Notes under the pieces: model-generated
The model's input: the letters and a program-made list of their open reading frames with translations, nothing else
Database searches by the model: none
Told to the model about the DNA's origin: nothing
Made by a program: the position numbers and the translations under genes
Shown here: positions 20,288 to 30,262 of the stretch, one piece after another
Numbering within the stretch: the first letter of the stretch is position 1
Layout of the letters: the number at the start of each line of letters is the position of its first letter
Assembly: GCA_033723415.1 (NCBI GenBank)
Contig: JAWVXD010000002.1
Coordinates: forward strand, 160,001-224,000
Origin: Sulfurospirillaceae bacterium
GTDB taxonomy: Bacteria > Campylobacterota > Campylobacteria > Campylobacterales > Sulfurospirillaceae
Direction of reading: 5' to 3'
Length of the DNA: 64,000 nucleotides

Positions 20288-21289
20288 TTATTTTATAAGT
20301 ATGTGAAGATACTCTCTCGTATAAGTTGCTTTATGATTTCTATTTTGAGTTTTATCAGCTTTAAATCTTCGATACTCTGTCGTCAATAAATCATATTTTC
20401 CATATTTTGACATGATTTTTTTGATATCTTCTTTACTCATCAAACCTTCATTATTATAGCTCAAAAAAATATATTTAAATTTTGCATCTTTGATCAAATC
20501 TTCAAAACTTTTATGTACTGCTTTGCTTTTAGAATAATTGGATTTGCTATATTTACGCAATCCGGTTTTTCCTCTGGGAATAAAATCATCATATAAAGCT
20601 ATAGTGTTCAAGATATGATAATTTGCACTGTATTGTCTTTGATTGTAAGGTGGATCAAGGTACAAGATATCTCCTTCAATCTTTTTTATCAACTCATTGC
20701 TGTCTTCATTATAAACTTTGTGAGAATTACCATGTATCTCAAAAAGAGCAGGTTCCAAGATTAATTTTTTTTGTGCAGATTTTTTAAGATGTTTTAAAAA
20801 TGCACTATATACTGAGGCCGTATTTGCAACTTTATCCGCACTTTCTATAAGCGATGCTAGCAAAAAATAATATATATTTTCTGCGATTTTTCCACTATCA
20901 TGCCACTCTCTTATTTTCACTCTGATCGTATCAATCTTTTTGCCGTTTTCATCACTAAAATACTGTCTCTCACTCCCGCTGCCTAAACAATAATTTTGAT
21001 ATATAAATCCATCATTTATTGGTTTTAAAGAGCTTAGTTTATCTATATAAGTTTGTTTGTCATCTATCTCAGAAGAATTCTCTATATAATTTTTATTTAG
21101 AACAAAGCTATAATTTTCCATATCATTACTTATTACCTGTTTCACATCTTTTTTAAAAACTCTTCCAACTATACCTGTACCGGCAAAAATATCACAAAAT
21201 ATTTTGTCAGACAATCCTCCATCAATAACTTTTTCAATCTCTCTTCTTAAAAATTTGGAAAGTTTTACTTTTGAACCTATATAGTTCAC
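20288..21289 (-). CDS. N6-adenine DNA methyltransferase, M.NlaIII/M.HpyI-like
   Basis: MNYIGSK, DIFAGTGIVG (motif I), YLDPPYNQRQY (motif IV), LSYNNEGL. Confidence 0.9.
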   Translation of the reverse strand: MNYIGSKVKLSKFLRREIEKVIDGGLSDKIFCDIFAGTGIVGRVFKKDVKQVISNDMENYSFVLNKNYIENSSEIDDKQTYIDKLSSLKPINDGFIYQNYCLGSGSERQYFSDENGKKIDTIRVKIREWHDSGKIAENIYYFLLASLIESADKVANTASVYSAFLKHLKKSAQKKLILEPALFEIHGNSHKVYNEDSNELIKKIEGDILYLDPPYNQRQYSANYHILNTIALYDDFIPRGKTGLRKYSKSNYSKSKAVHKSFEDLIKDAKFKYIFLSYNNEGLMSKEDIKKIMSKYGKYDLLTTEYRRFKADKTQNRNHKATYTREYLHILIK

Positions 21290-21822
21290 TTTAAGCCCTT
21301 TACCATTAGATTAATATCGCTCCATTCACCAAAACCGCTTTCTGCATTTATATGCCCTGCGTCTTTTAGAACAAGATGCTTAACATCCAATTGTTTAGCT
21401 AAATCATTAGCTTCAGCGTTTGGCATATATGGATCATTTGTCGAAGTGATAAGGATAATCTCCTGTGCGTAGATGTTTTGAGGAGCTGAAACAGGAAAGA
21501 AAGTAGAAACTTCTTCCACTTCTGTCGTCAAACTAGGCGGTGCGACCAAAAAAAGCTTTTTAACAGGTGTGATCTTTTCCTCATTACACAGATGAAACCA
21601 AAGCGTATTGGCCAAAGAGTGGCATACTACAATGTCAGGCTTAAAATCAGACAAAATATCACGGACTTGCTTCATCCAAGTATCTTTTTTTGGATTGTCT
21701 TTGTCTATAAGAAGAGGAAAACTTACTGTTCCATAATCTTTAGCAAGTTCACATGCAAGATAGCTTTGCCAGTGAGGAAAATCACTTCCTCCCCAGCCAT
21801 GAAGTATTAATGTTTTCACCAT
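21286..21822 (-). CDS. RBBP9/YdeN family alpha/beta hydrolase
   Basis: LHGWGGSDFPHWQ, CHSLA, NDPY, AGHINAESGFGEW. Confidence 0.9.
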   Translation of the reverse strand: MVKTLILHGWGGSDFPHWQSYLACELAKDYGTVSFPLLIDKDNPKKDTWMKQVRDILSDFKPDIVVCHSLANTLWFHLCNEEKITPVKKLFLVAPPSLTTEVEEVSTFFPVSAPQNIYAQEIILITSTNDPYMPNAEANDLAKQLDVKHLVLKDAGHINAESGFGEWSDINLMVKGLK

Positions 21823-21832
21823 TTTGTCCTAA

Positions 21833-22162
21833 TTATTTTAATTTTCCGAATACTTTGTATATATCCCAGTACTCATCAATCGCCTCTTTTAGTTTTTTAT
21901 CGCTAAGAGTTGTTTTTTTCTTCACGCCAAATCTATTTAATAATGCGGTATTTAGTATCGAGTTTTCTTTTTTTGGATTTTTAAGATACTCACTAATCGC
22001 ATATTTTGTTTCTATTTCACTGCTATACTTTAAAAGATATCTATAAAAAAATTTATCTATTTTGACAGGCATCGATTTATGGCATTTAACGCAATTGTCT
22101 TCATAAACAGAAGCTTGCAAATTCAACAAAATTACAAAAATTACAAAAACTATCTTCACCAT
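21833..22162 (-). CDS. small exported protein with CxxCH (putative c-type cytochrome)
   Basis: Signal peptide followed by NCVKCH. Confidence 0.7.
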   Translation of the reverse strand: MVKIVFVIFVILLNLQASVYEDNCVKCHKSMPVKIDKFFYRYLLKYSSEIETKYAISEYLKNPKKENSILNTALLNRFGVKKKTTLSDKKLKEAIDEYWDIYKVFGKLK

Positions 22163-23343
22163 GATACCTTTACTTGCGTGTAAATATTTACTTTTGAGTC
22201 GATTTCGATTTGTAGATCGTACTCATCTGCAATTTTACTGACAATACTGAGCCCTATACCAAATCCGCCTACACTCTTATCAGCACGTTCATATCTTTTA
22301 AAAATCTGATCTAGATTTGCTTTTTCTATGCCTCTTCCGCTGTTTTTCATAGAAAAATAGTGTTTTTTTAAGACAATTTCAATCTCACCATTTATTTTAT
22401 TATATTTTATCGCATTTGAAAAAAGATTATCTATCAATTTTGCAATTTTTGTTCTATCGGCATTGAGAAAAACATTATCTTCCAGATCAAGTTTTATTTT
22501 GATCTTTTTAGAGTCTAAAGATAGAGAAAAATACTCTACTCTCTCTAAAAATATCTCTTTCATATCTATAGTTTTGTTTTCTGAAATGATTTTTTTATCT
22601 AACGTGAGAAAAATCAAATCTTGATACAAATTGGATATGGTTTTTGCGGCAATTTGTATTCTATTTAATCTTTTTTGTAATTTTTCATCTATATTCTTAT
22701 TTTCACTTAGTTCAATGTTTGACAATATAGTACTAACTGGAGTATTTAGTTCATGAGTAGTATCTTTTATAAATCTATCCAAAAGCGACAAAGCCTCTTT
22801 CATCGGTTTTAGTATCAGATTCATCAAAAAATATCCCATCAAAAGCATAATAAAAAGTAAAATAAAACCATATTCCAGCAAATTTTTATATACTGTATTT
22901 TTCCATACTCCATCATCATTTACCTCAATAACCACATATTTTGCACCAAGATAATAATACTCCGGTTCTTTGATAAAATGTATCTTGTTCCCGACTAGAT
23001 ATATATCTTTATTTAAATTCACATGATCATTTTGGAGAAGTGAGAATATTTTGTGATAAGTACTGTCATAAATAGCTGATTTAAACCTTGGATCTCTAGG
23101 ATAGATCTTTGTATTATCAAAATTCCTGTGCAATTCTTTCAATTTTTCTATTTGTTCACTTGCTAAGTTGGATAATCCCAATCTTTTATTTTGGAGCATC
23201 AAATCTTCTTGAGTCTTATAATAATAAATTCCTAAAAAAGTCAATAAAAGTATCGTAAAAAATGAGTAAAGGATAAAAAACGAAGCAAGGGTTTTCTTTT
23301 CACTTTGTCGTAAATTTATATCCCAGCTTTTTAACACTGACAA
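22156..23343 (-). CDS. sensor histidine kinase (start uncertain)
   Basis: 2 TM; DTTHELNTP; NAIKYN; GGFGIGL. Confidence 0.92.
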   Translation of the reverse strand: MSVLKSWDINLRQSEKKTLASFFILYSFFTILLLTFLGIYYYKTQEDLMLQNKRLGLSNLASEQIEKLKELHRNFDNTKIYPRDPRFKSAIYDSTYHKIFSLLQNDHVNLNKDIYLVGNKIHFIKEPEYYYLGAKYVVIEVNDDGVWKNTVYKNLLEYGFILLFIMLLMGYFLMNLILKPMKEALSLLDRFIKDTTHELNTPVSTILSNIELSENKNIDEKLQKRLNRIQIAAKTISNLYQDLIFLTLDKKIISENKTIDMKEIFLERVEYFSLSLDSKKIKIKLDLEDNVFLNADRTKIAKLIDNLFSNAIKYNKINGEIEIVLKKHYFSMKNSGRGIEKANLDQIFKRYERADKSVGGFGIGLSIVSKIADEYDLQIEIDSKVNIYTQVKVSW

Positions 23344-23974
23344 TTTTATCTTTCCCTATTATTTTGCGTAGATTTTTTATATATGTTCTTAGAGCATCGT
23401 CACTGCTAACCTCATCATAACTCCAAAGTGTATCATATATAACTTCGTGAGTTATTATCTGATCTTGTTTCTGTAAAAAGAGCTTTAAAAGTGCTGCTTC
23501 TTTATTTTGCATCCTAACAACATTACCGCTAACTATAAGCTCATTGGTTAGTGTATCATACAATATTTCGTTATCAATTTCTATTTTTGAATCATTCGAG
23601 TGAAAAAAGCCTCTGTTAAGAAGAGTTTGAATTCGAAAAAGAAGTTCTTTTAATTCAAATGGTTTTCTTATATAATCATCACAGCCACTTATGTAGCCTT
23701 TTTCCACATCTTCTAAAGTATTTAACGAAGTTATAAAAATAGCAGGTATCTTATCATTTGCTTCTCTTGCTTTTTTTAAAACTTCAAAGCCATTGATCCC
23801 TGGAACATTTACATCTAAGAGGTATATATCAAAACTATTTTCGTACATTAGATCTCGTGCCTCATCTCCATCATATGCAGATGTAACAATATAACCTTCT
23901 TCTTCTAAAAATTCAGCAATAGTTTCATTTAAATTTACATCATCTTCAAGTAAAAAAATTTTATTTGGTTTCAT
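23300..23974 (-). CDS. OmpR family response regulator
   Basis: LLEDD, LLDVNVP, KPF, LRTYIKNLRK, GYK. Confidence 0.94.
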   Translation of the reverse strand: MKPNKIFLLEDDVNLNETIAEFLEEEGYIVTSAYDGDEARDLMYENSFDIYLLDVNVPGINGFEVLKKAREANDKIPAIFITSLNTLEDVEKGYISGCDDYIRKPFELKELLFRIQTLLNRGFFHSNDSKIEIDNEILYDTLTNELIVSGNVVRMQNKEAALLKLFLQKQDQIITHEVIYDTLWSYDEVSSDDALRTYIKNLRKIIGKDKIVSVKKLGYKFTTK

Positions 23975-24198
23975 TTTTTCATTTTTCTAAGTTTTTCTAT
24001 ATTTTGTTTGTAAATCTTTTTCTCTTTTTCACTCATAGATCTTATTCTTGCATTAATCTCTTTTAAAAATGCTTTTTGATTCTCCGGCGGCACATATCCA
24101 ACCATTGCCATAAGCTCTTCTGTACTCATGACGGTATAATCGACCGCTGCAAAAAGGGTAGAGAACAGTATAAGAAGACTAAATAAAACTTTTTTCAT
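23971..24198 (-). CDS. small exported protein, DUF1104-like
   Basis: Signal peptide then DYTVMSTEELMAMVG. Confidence 0.7.
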   Translation of the reverse strand: MKKVLFSLLILFSTLFAAVDYTVMSTEELMAMVGYVPPENQKAFLKEINARIRSMSEKEKKIYKQNIEKLRKMKK

Positions 24199-24250
24199 TC
24201 GATTCCTTTACAAAATTGTAATAAAAAATAGTGTACTCTTTGTGATGAGC

Positions 24251-24757
24251 TCATTTCTCCTGCATCATGACTTCTAAATACGCACTAATATGACTTATAA
24301 CATAACTCAATACTTTTTGATCTTCTTCAGTAAATCCCGGACTTCCGTCAATCTTATTTAATAATTGTATAACACCTATAATTTTTTTGTCATAGCCAAA
24401 TATAGGCATAGTCATAATGTTCTTTGTATGATATCCGATACTTGTATCTATGATATCATTAAATAGCGGAGAGTTTTTTGCATCGTTTACGATGATCGTT
24501 TTTTGCGTTTTTAAAACTTCACCGACCATTCCTGTATTATCTGGAACTTCTAAAAAACTAATACCATCAAGGCAAATCGACCAAAAACTGCTACTTTGTT
24601 CATCATGCATAAAAACCGTACATCTATCGACATTAAGCATATTTTTGATGGAATCAGACAGTAAACTCATTCTCTTTGAATGGTCATTTTCAGAAACAAG
24701 CTTTTTGTTCAACTCTAGTAATTTATTTAATTTACTTTCACTAATGTCTTTAACCAT
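24251..24757 (-). CDS. stand-alone GAF domain protein
   Basis: DRCTVF, GMVGEV, IDTSIGYHTKNIMTMPI, IGVIQLLNK...FTEED (NKFDE-type motif). Confidence 0.88.
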   Translation of the reverse strand: MVKDISESKLNKLLELNKKLVSENDHSKRMSLLSDSIKNMLNVDRCTVFMHDEQSSSFWSICLDGISFLEVPDNTGMVGEVLKTQKTIIVNDAKNSPLFNDIIDTSIGYHTKNIMTMPIFGYDKKIIGVIQLLNKIDGSPGFTEEDQKVLSYVISHISAYLEVMMQEK

Positions 24758-25311
24758 AATATCACATCTTTATTTAATTTTTTTACTATCTTTGTATAGG
24801 CAGATACGGCGCCTTTTGCATCAATAGTATCACATTTTTGTGTATATGAAAAATCTTTTGTGGATATAAGCTTTGAGGTTTTACTATCAACCAAATAAAG
24901 CTGAATATCAAAAGAAACACTTGATATATTTTGTACTGCATTTACTACATTTCCCTCTAAAAGTAAATCAGGTGTTATTCTCGAATACTGAGTAAAAACA
25001 CCTTTGAATAGTCCACTTTTAGAAAGATTATCGGCAACGTTTTGTTCTATCATACTAACAAAATTTTCATTCCATTGTGAATATAAATATGAATTGGTAA
25101 TACTAGTAGGATACTTATACCAAATCCTTCTGCTTTGTAAAAAAGCCGGTGATTTAAATCTGGATATCTTTAAGATATCTTGACCTTTTTGTTGGTTTTG
25201 AACAGTATCACTTGTCGTTATACTATAAGTCGTAATAGGTTGAGACATCTCTTTTAGTGAACATCCACTGATAAAAATTAAAATTAAAACACTTGCTAAG
25301 ACTTTACTCAT
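24727..25311 (-). CDS. ABC-transport auxiliary lipoprotein (PqiC-like); start taken as ATG 25311
   Basis: MSKVLASVLILIFISGC lipobox; follows MCE gene. Confidence 0.8.
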   Translation of the reverse strand: MSKVLASVLILIFISGCSLKEMSQPITTYSITTSDTVQNQQKGQDILKISRFKSPAFLQSRRIWYKYPTSITNSYLYSQWNENFVSMIEQNVADNLSKSGLFKGVFTQYSRITPDLLLEGNVVNAVQNISSVSFDIQLYLVDSKTSKLISTKDFSYTQKCDTIDAKGAVSAYTKIVKKLNKDVILWLKTLVKVN

Positions 25312-26311
25312 GACTCTCTCCTGGTCCAGGAATTTTTTTGCCAACTTTATATAAAACATCACTCGGACTTTGTTTAAATTCTTCTATCGCATTATCTAAT
25401 CTCAATGATAATCCTTGAATAGAAAATGCCGTCTCATTCAATATTTGCATATTACGTTCAACTATATCTGCCAAATTGAACTTACCGTCAACCAAATCTT
25501 TTTGAACTTCGACAAAAAAGATCTTTGCCACATCTGAAGCCGCCCCTAGTCTATCACTAGCACGTCCAAGTTTATCAAACGAAGGCACTAATTTATCTTC
25601 AAAATCTTTTGTATGTTTTATAAAATCCTTACTACTCACCGTAAACTCATTGAAATTATTTCTTATCGAGTGAAAATCAACTTCTATGTTTGTCTTTAAT
25701 TCATTTATTTGATCAAACATCTGTGTCAATTTTTGTTTATTTTTATCTAGATATTCGGTTGTATTTGAAAGATTTATTATGATCTTGGAAATATTATCTA
25801 TATTTTGTTGGCTAAGAACCTTGCTTGCTTTTTCTGATATTACATTTAACTTTTGAACCATAGATTCACTACTATCATACAATGTTGCCAAAATTGATTT
25901 TTTCGAAATGATAGTCGGTACTTCACCCTTCTTTTGTAATAATAAAGGTGAAGTTTTGGTACCACCTTCTAATTCTACATGTTTTAATCCCGTAATCCCT
26001 TGCGTATCCAGGATAGAATATGTGTCCTTTTTGATAGGAGTCCCTTGCTTTATCTCTAATAAAATTTCAACTTCTTCGCTGTTATTTTTACTGATAGATA
26101 TACTTTTAACTCGTCCGACTTCAACGCCTCTTAATTTGACAGGAGAATCCAGACTAAGCCCAGAAACAGATTCTGTAAAATAAGTCTTATAATAATCATG
26201 TTCTATAGATTTGCTACCATATTTAGTAATCCAATATAAAAAGAAAAATAGTGCCAATGTAATTATTATAACAAATGCACCAACTACGGTATAGCTAAGC
26301 CTTTTTTCCAT
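25304..26311 (-). CDS. MlaD/MCE family protein
   Basis: ESVSGLSLDSPVKLRGVEVGRV, QGITGL. Confidence 0.92.
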   Translation of the reverse strand: MEKRLSYTVVGAFVIIITLALFFFLYWITKYGSKSIEHDYYKTYFTESVSGLSLDSPVKLRGVEVGRVKSISISKNNSEEVEILLEIKQGTPIKKDTYSILDTQGITGLKHVELEGGTKTSPLLLQKKGEVPTIISKKSILATLYDSSESMVQKLNVISEKASKVLSQQNIDNISKIIINLSNTTEYLDKNKQKLTQMFDQINELKTNIEVDFHSIRNNFNEFTVSSKDFIKHTKDFEDKLVPSFDKLGRASDRLGAASDVAKIFFVEVQKDLVDGKFNLADIVERNMQILNETAFSIQGLSLRLDNAIEEFKQSPSDVLYKVGKKIPGPGESHE

Positions 26312-26326
26312 GATACATTCCTTTCA

Positions 26327-27070
26327 TTATCTCTGTCCCTCTTTTAGAAATTCTCGAATAGCATAATTATCTGAATTTATGGCTTCTTCATAACTTCCCT
26401 CAAAAAGAATCTTTTTATCATATAAAATACAAAAGCGATCAAGGACATGTTCTACTGTATGCAAATCATGAGTGACAACAACGATAGTTAGTTTTAGAAG
26501 CGAGGCTATTTCTCTTATCAGTCTATCAAAATTTTCTGCACCGATTGGATCCAGTCCGCTTGTAGGTTCATCTAAAAAAAGAATTTTGGGATCCATAACA
26601 AGTGCTCTCGCAAATGCCACTCTTTTTTTCATACCCCCGCTTAACTCGCTAGGGAAAAGATAAGTCGCTTCCTCATCCAATCCTGACATCTTAAGCTTAC
26701 TAAGTGCTATCTGTTCTATCACATCTTTTGGCAAATTTGTATGCTCGATCAAAGGTACCGACACATTTTCTATAACATTTAAAGAAGAATACAACGCACC
26801 AAATTGAAAAAGAACTGCCCAATTGTTTCTAAGTTCTTCCATTTGTGCATAGGTTAATTCTCCGATTCTATTCCCAAGTATATCTATACTGCCGCTTGTG
26901 AAATTTTGGAGCATTACCATCTCTCTAAGGAGAGTAGATTTACCGCTGCCGCTGCCTCCTAAAATACCATATATCTCTCCTTCATAGATATTTATAGATA
27001 TTTTATCATGTACAACCTTTTTACCAAAGCTTGTTACTATATCCTTAACTTCTATGATAGATTTTTTCAA
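26327..27070 (-). CDS. MlaF-like ABC ATP-binding protein
   Basis: GGSGSGKS, LSGGMKKR, FLDEPTSGLDP. Confidence 0.93.
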   Translation of the reverse strand: MKKSIIEVKDIVTSFGKKVVHDKISINIYEGEIYGILGGSGSGKSTLLREMVMLQNFTSGSIDILGNRIGELTYAQMEELRNNWAVLFQFGALYSSLNVIENVSVPLIEHTNLPKDVIEQIALSKLKMSGLDEEATYLFPSELSGGMKKRVAFARALVMDPKILFLDEPTSGLDPIGAENFDRLIREIASLLKLTIVVVTHDLHTVEHVLDRFCILYDKKILFEGSYEEAINSDNYAIREFLKEGQR

Positions 27071-28194
27071 ATTCCAACCTTTGTTAAAACGACTGATATA
27101 AGAGCATTACACGCAATTACCCAAAATATAGCGTTTACTACGCTTATGGTAGTATATTGTCCTATGCTTTCGGTGCTACCTGATACTTGAAAACCCCTAA
27201 AACATCCTATAAGAGCTATCAATAACCCAAAAAATGGAGCTTTAAAGAGTCCTATAAGTATATGTTTGACTTCTATGGCATCTCTAAGCCTGATTACAAA
27301 TTCCAGATAAGAAATACCAAGTTGATATTTTGCAACGATCATGCCTCCAAAAACACCTATAATATCAGCAAAAAATACGATCAAAGGCATAGCTATAAGA
27401 AGAGCAAACATACGCGGCAATACCAAAAATAAGATTGGATCAAAACCCATAGTTTTCATAGCATCTATTTCTTGGGTTATTTTCATAGTTCCTATTTCAG
27501 CCGTATATGATGAAGCACTTCTTCCCGCTATAACGATAGCGGCAATTAAAGGTGCAAGTTCACGAAACATAGAAACACTGACGAGTTCTACTATAAAAAT
27601 ATTAGCTCCAAACTTTGCTAACTGTTCAGCTCCTTGATATGCTATGACCAATCCAACTAAAAAAGATGTCAAAGCGACAATCGGCAGTGCTTGTGCTCCT
27701 GATTTTTCTATATGTACAGCCGTTGCTTTATATCTAAATTTCCAAGGTCTTGTTAAAACTCTTCCAAATTCTATGGTACTTTGACCCAAGAAAGTTGAAA
27801 ACAGCATAAAAGATTCAAACAGATCCACAAAAAGTTTTCCCATCTTTTGAACTGAAGAAACTATAAAATTGTGTTTTTTTATAGGTATTTTGGATTTTTG
27901 TCTTAAGTTTTTTCTTGCGAAAAGCATAATACTTTTAAATTCAGGGTTCATTCCTACCATAACAAAAGGTATTTTGGCTTCAGAAAAATCGGCACTCAGA
28001 TCTGATAGAAGTATTGCTCCTGCAAAGTCAAGAGCATCGAGTTCTGTGCAATCAATAGTGACAATAGCAAATTTGCCATGTTTGACTTTCTTTACATTTG
28101 AGTACAGTTTTTTGATGTTAAACCTGTCAAATGCACCGGAAATCTTAATATTGCATTGTTTACTATCTTGTTGTATGATATCAAAACTACTCAT
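27067..28194 (-). CDS. MlaE family permease with N-terminal STAS-like domain
   Basis: [33 protein letters not shown]. Confidence 0.93.
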   Translation of the reverse strand: MSSFDIIQQDSKQCNIKISGAFDRFNIKKLYSNVKKVKHGKFAIVTIDCTELDALDFAGAILLSDLSADFSEAKIPFVMVGMNPEFKSIMLFARKNLRQKSKIPIKKHNFIVSSVQKMGKLFVDLFESFMLFSTFLGQSTIEFGRVLTRPWKFRYKATAVHIEKSGAQALPIVALTSFLVGLVIAYQGAEQLAKFGANIFIVELVSVSMFRELAPLIAAIVIAGRSASSYTAEIGTMKITQEIDAMKTMGFDPILFLVLPRMFALLIAMPLIVFFADIIGVFGGMIVAKYQLGISYLEFVIRLRDAIEVKHILIGLFKAPFFGLLIALIGCFRGFQVSGSTESIGQYTTISVVNAIFWVIACNALISVVLTKVGI

Positions 28195-28259
28195 GTATAT
28201 ATTGTAATAGTATTTATTATAATTTCGCCTTAAATGGCACTCTAAACAAAGGAAAACAG

Positions 28260-28856
28260 ATGAAAAAGATAATACTTATATTTTTTGTTTTCATAAGCAT
28301 GGTGGCATATGCAAAAGGAGATAAGATGGAAAACTCACAAACCATCATACTAGGCGGCGGATGCTTCTGGTGCATGGAAGCTGTTTTTGAAGATGTAAAA
28401 GGTGTCACAAAAGTTGAAAGCGGTTATGCAGGCGGTGATGTCAAAAACCCTACTTACGAGCAAGTTTGCACAGGGACTACAGGTCATGCAGAAGTGGTAA
28501 AGATCACATTTGACGATAAAATAGTAGATTTGAAAAAACTTTTAAATATCTTTTTTGCAGTCCATGACCCCACTACCTTAAACAGGCAAGGCAATGATGT
28601 AGGAAGCCAGTACAGATCCGTAATATTTTACTTCAACGATAAACAAAAAGAGATAGCCGAAGAAGTGATAAGATCAGAATCTGATAAATTCAACAAACCT
28701 ATAGTAACAGAAGTTTTAAAAGCACCGATTTTCTACAAAGCAGAAGAGTATCATCAAGACTATTTCAAGAAAAATCCAAACCAAGGATACTGTATCTATG
28801 TTGTTCGTCCAAAAGTGGATAAATTTATCGAAAAATTTCCAAACTTAAAAAAATAA
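28260..28856 (+). CDS. msrA: peptide-methionine (S)-S-oxide reductase with signal peptide
   Basis: [28 protein letters not shown]. Confidence 0.95.
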   Translation: MKKIILIFFVFISMVAYAKGDKMENSQTIILGGGCFWCMEAVFEDVKGVTKVESGYAGGDVKNPTYEQVCTGTTGHAEVVKITFDDKIVDLKKLLNIFFAVHDPTTLNRQGNDVGSQYRSVIFYFNDKQKEIAEEVIRSESDKFNKPIVTEVLKAPIFYKAEEYHQDYFKKNPNQGYCIYVVRPKVDKFIEKFPNLKK

Positions 28857-28859
28857 AGA

Positions 28860-30146
28860 CTATATCTCATCAGCTGTTTTCACAGAATCGATGCCGTATT
28901 TGTCTCTTAGAGTCTGGATGCAAGAGCCGAGTTTATGTTGTTTTGCATCCTGCTCATAACTCAAGATGTCATAAGATTTGTGCTTATACTCCATAAAATT
29001 TGACACACTGATACCTAGATATGTTATAGCCTGAGTTTTATGGATGTCGATCTTGGAAAACATCTCGATCATCAGTGATTTAAAGAACCTTTCGCTGAAA
29101 AGCCTTTCTATGGTTATGTTGTATTTCTCTCTAAATCCTATCTCGTATTTAATCTTCAAAAAATATGTCGTAGGATTTAGACCTAGTTTCATGATCGTAT
29201 AAGTTAGATTTCGAGCTAGAATCACCATCCTGCGTTGTACTTCATCCCGCTCGTATATAGGATCAAAAGTCCTGCTTATTCCGACTGATTTTCTAGAGTG
29301 AATCTCTCTCACTTCTTCATCATCTACTCCCATGATTCTATTATATAACTGAATACCGGGTTTTTTCCAAGAATAAAAAAGGCTTTTTGCACTCTTAATA
29401 TCACCTAATTTTTCGATACCTCTATCATTGAGTCGTTTTTTATATCCTCTTGCTAATCCGGGGAATCTATCAATCTCCATATTTTCTATAAATCTGTCCC
29501 AATCTTCAGGTTTAACTTGACGCACACCAAAAGGTTTTGCACTCTGCGTCACTAGTTTTGCAGCCCATTTTGAATTTGCAATACCAAAAGAGATAGGCAG
29601 TCCAAATTTCTCAAATATCTCATTTTTGAGATCATCGCAAAATGAAAATACATCTTCTTCTTTTATCCATCCACTTAAATCTCCAAAAAATTCATCAATA
29701 CTGTATTGTTCTAACAAAGGTATTTTTGTTTTTAAAAAGTTAGCTAACCTATGTGAGGCTTCATGATATAAAAGATGATTTGGTGATAAAACAATAAGTT
29801 TGGGACAAAGCTGTAAAGCCTCGTTGATGGTCATTCCTGTTTTGATCTTATACTTTCTTGCCTCATAAGAAGCTGTTGTGATTATACCCCTTATTTTTGC
29901 TACTCCATCAAACTTATCTACAAAGAAGTTATTGAAATCATTATTTATAATTTTTTTTTCTGAGTAAAAAACATTTGGTACAAAAGCACCGCTATTTTGA
30001 TTATATAATTTTCTTTTACTGTATCCTTTTTCAAATATGCGAGTATCGCTTCTTCCTCCAACGGCTATAGGCTTGCCTAATAAAGTTGGATCTTGTACTC
30101 TTTCACATGAAGCAAAAAAACAATCTAAGTCCATATGTATCTTCAT
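28860..30146 (-). CDS. dinB: Y-family DNA polymerase IV
   Basis: HMDLDCFFASCE, ASYEAR, YSIDEFF, AAKL; little-finger domain (KSVGISRTF). Confidence 0.92.
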   Translation of the reverse strand: MKIHMDLDCFFASCERVQDPTLLGKPIAVGGRSDTRIFEKGYSKRKLYNQNSGAFVPNVFYSEKKIINNDFNNFFVDKFDGVAKIRGIITTASYEARKYKIKTGMTINEALQLCPKLIVLSPNHLLYHEASHRLANFLKTKIPLLEQYSIDEFFGDLSGWIKEEDVFSFCDDLKNEIFEKFGLPISFGIANSKWAAKLVTQSAKPFGVRQVKPEDWDRFIENMEIDRFPGLARGYKKRLNDRGIEKLGDIKSAKSLFYSWKKPGIQLYNRIMGVDDEEVREIHSRKSVGISRTFDPIYERDEVQRRMVILARNLTYTIMKLGLNPTTYFLKIKYEIGFREKYNITIERLFSERFFKSLMIEMFSKIDIHKTQAITYLGISVSNFMEYKHKSYDILSYEQDAKQHKLGSCIQTLRDKYGIDSVKTADEI

Positions 30147-30209
30147 ACAATCTCCAAATCAATAGCTTTAAATTATCTCTAGTAACAATATTGTAATTAT
30201 CCAAATATT

Positions 30210-30253
30210 TGATATAATAAGCAAATTAATTGATAAATATATCAACTAATTTG
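30210..30253 (+). promoter_or_regulatory. extended -10 promoter plus 32-bp inverted repeat (candidate operator)
   Basis: TGATATAAT at 30210-30218; CAAATTAATTGATA-AATA-TATCAACTAATTTG at 30222-30253 (13/14 arms). Confidence 0.7.
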
Positions 30254-30262
30254 GAGGAAACT

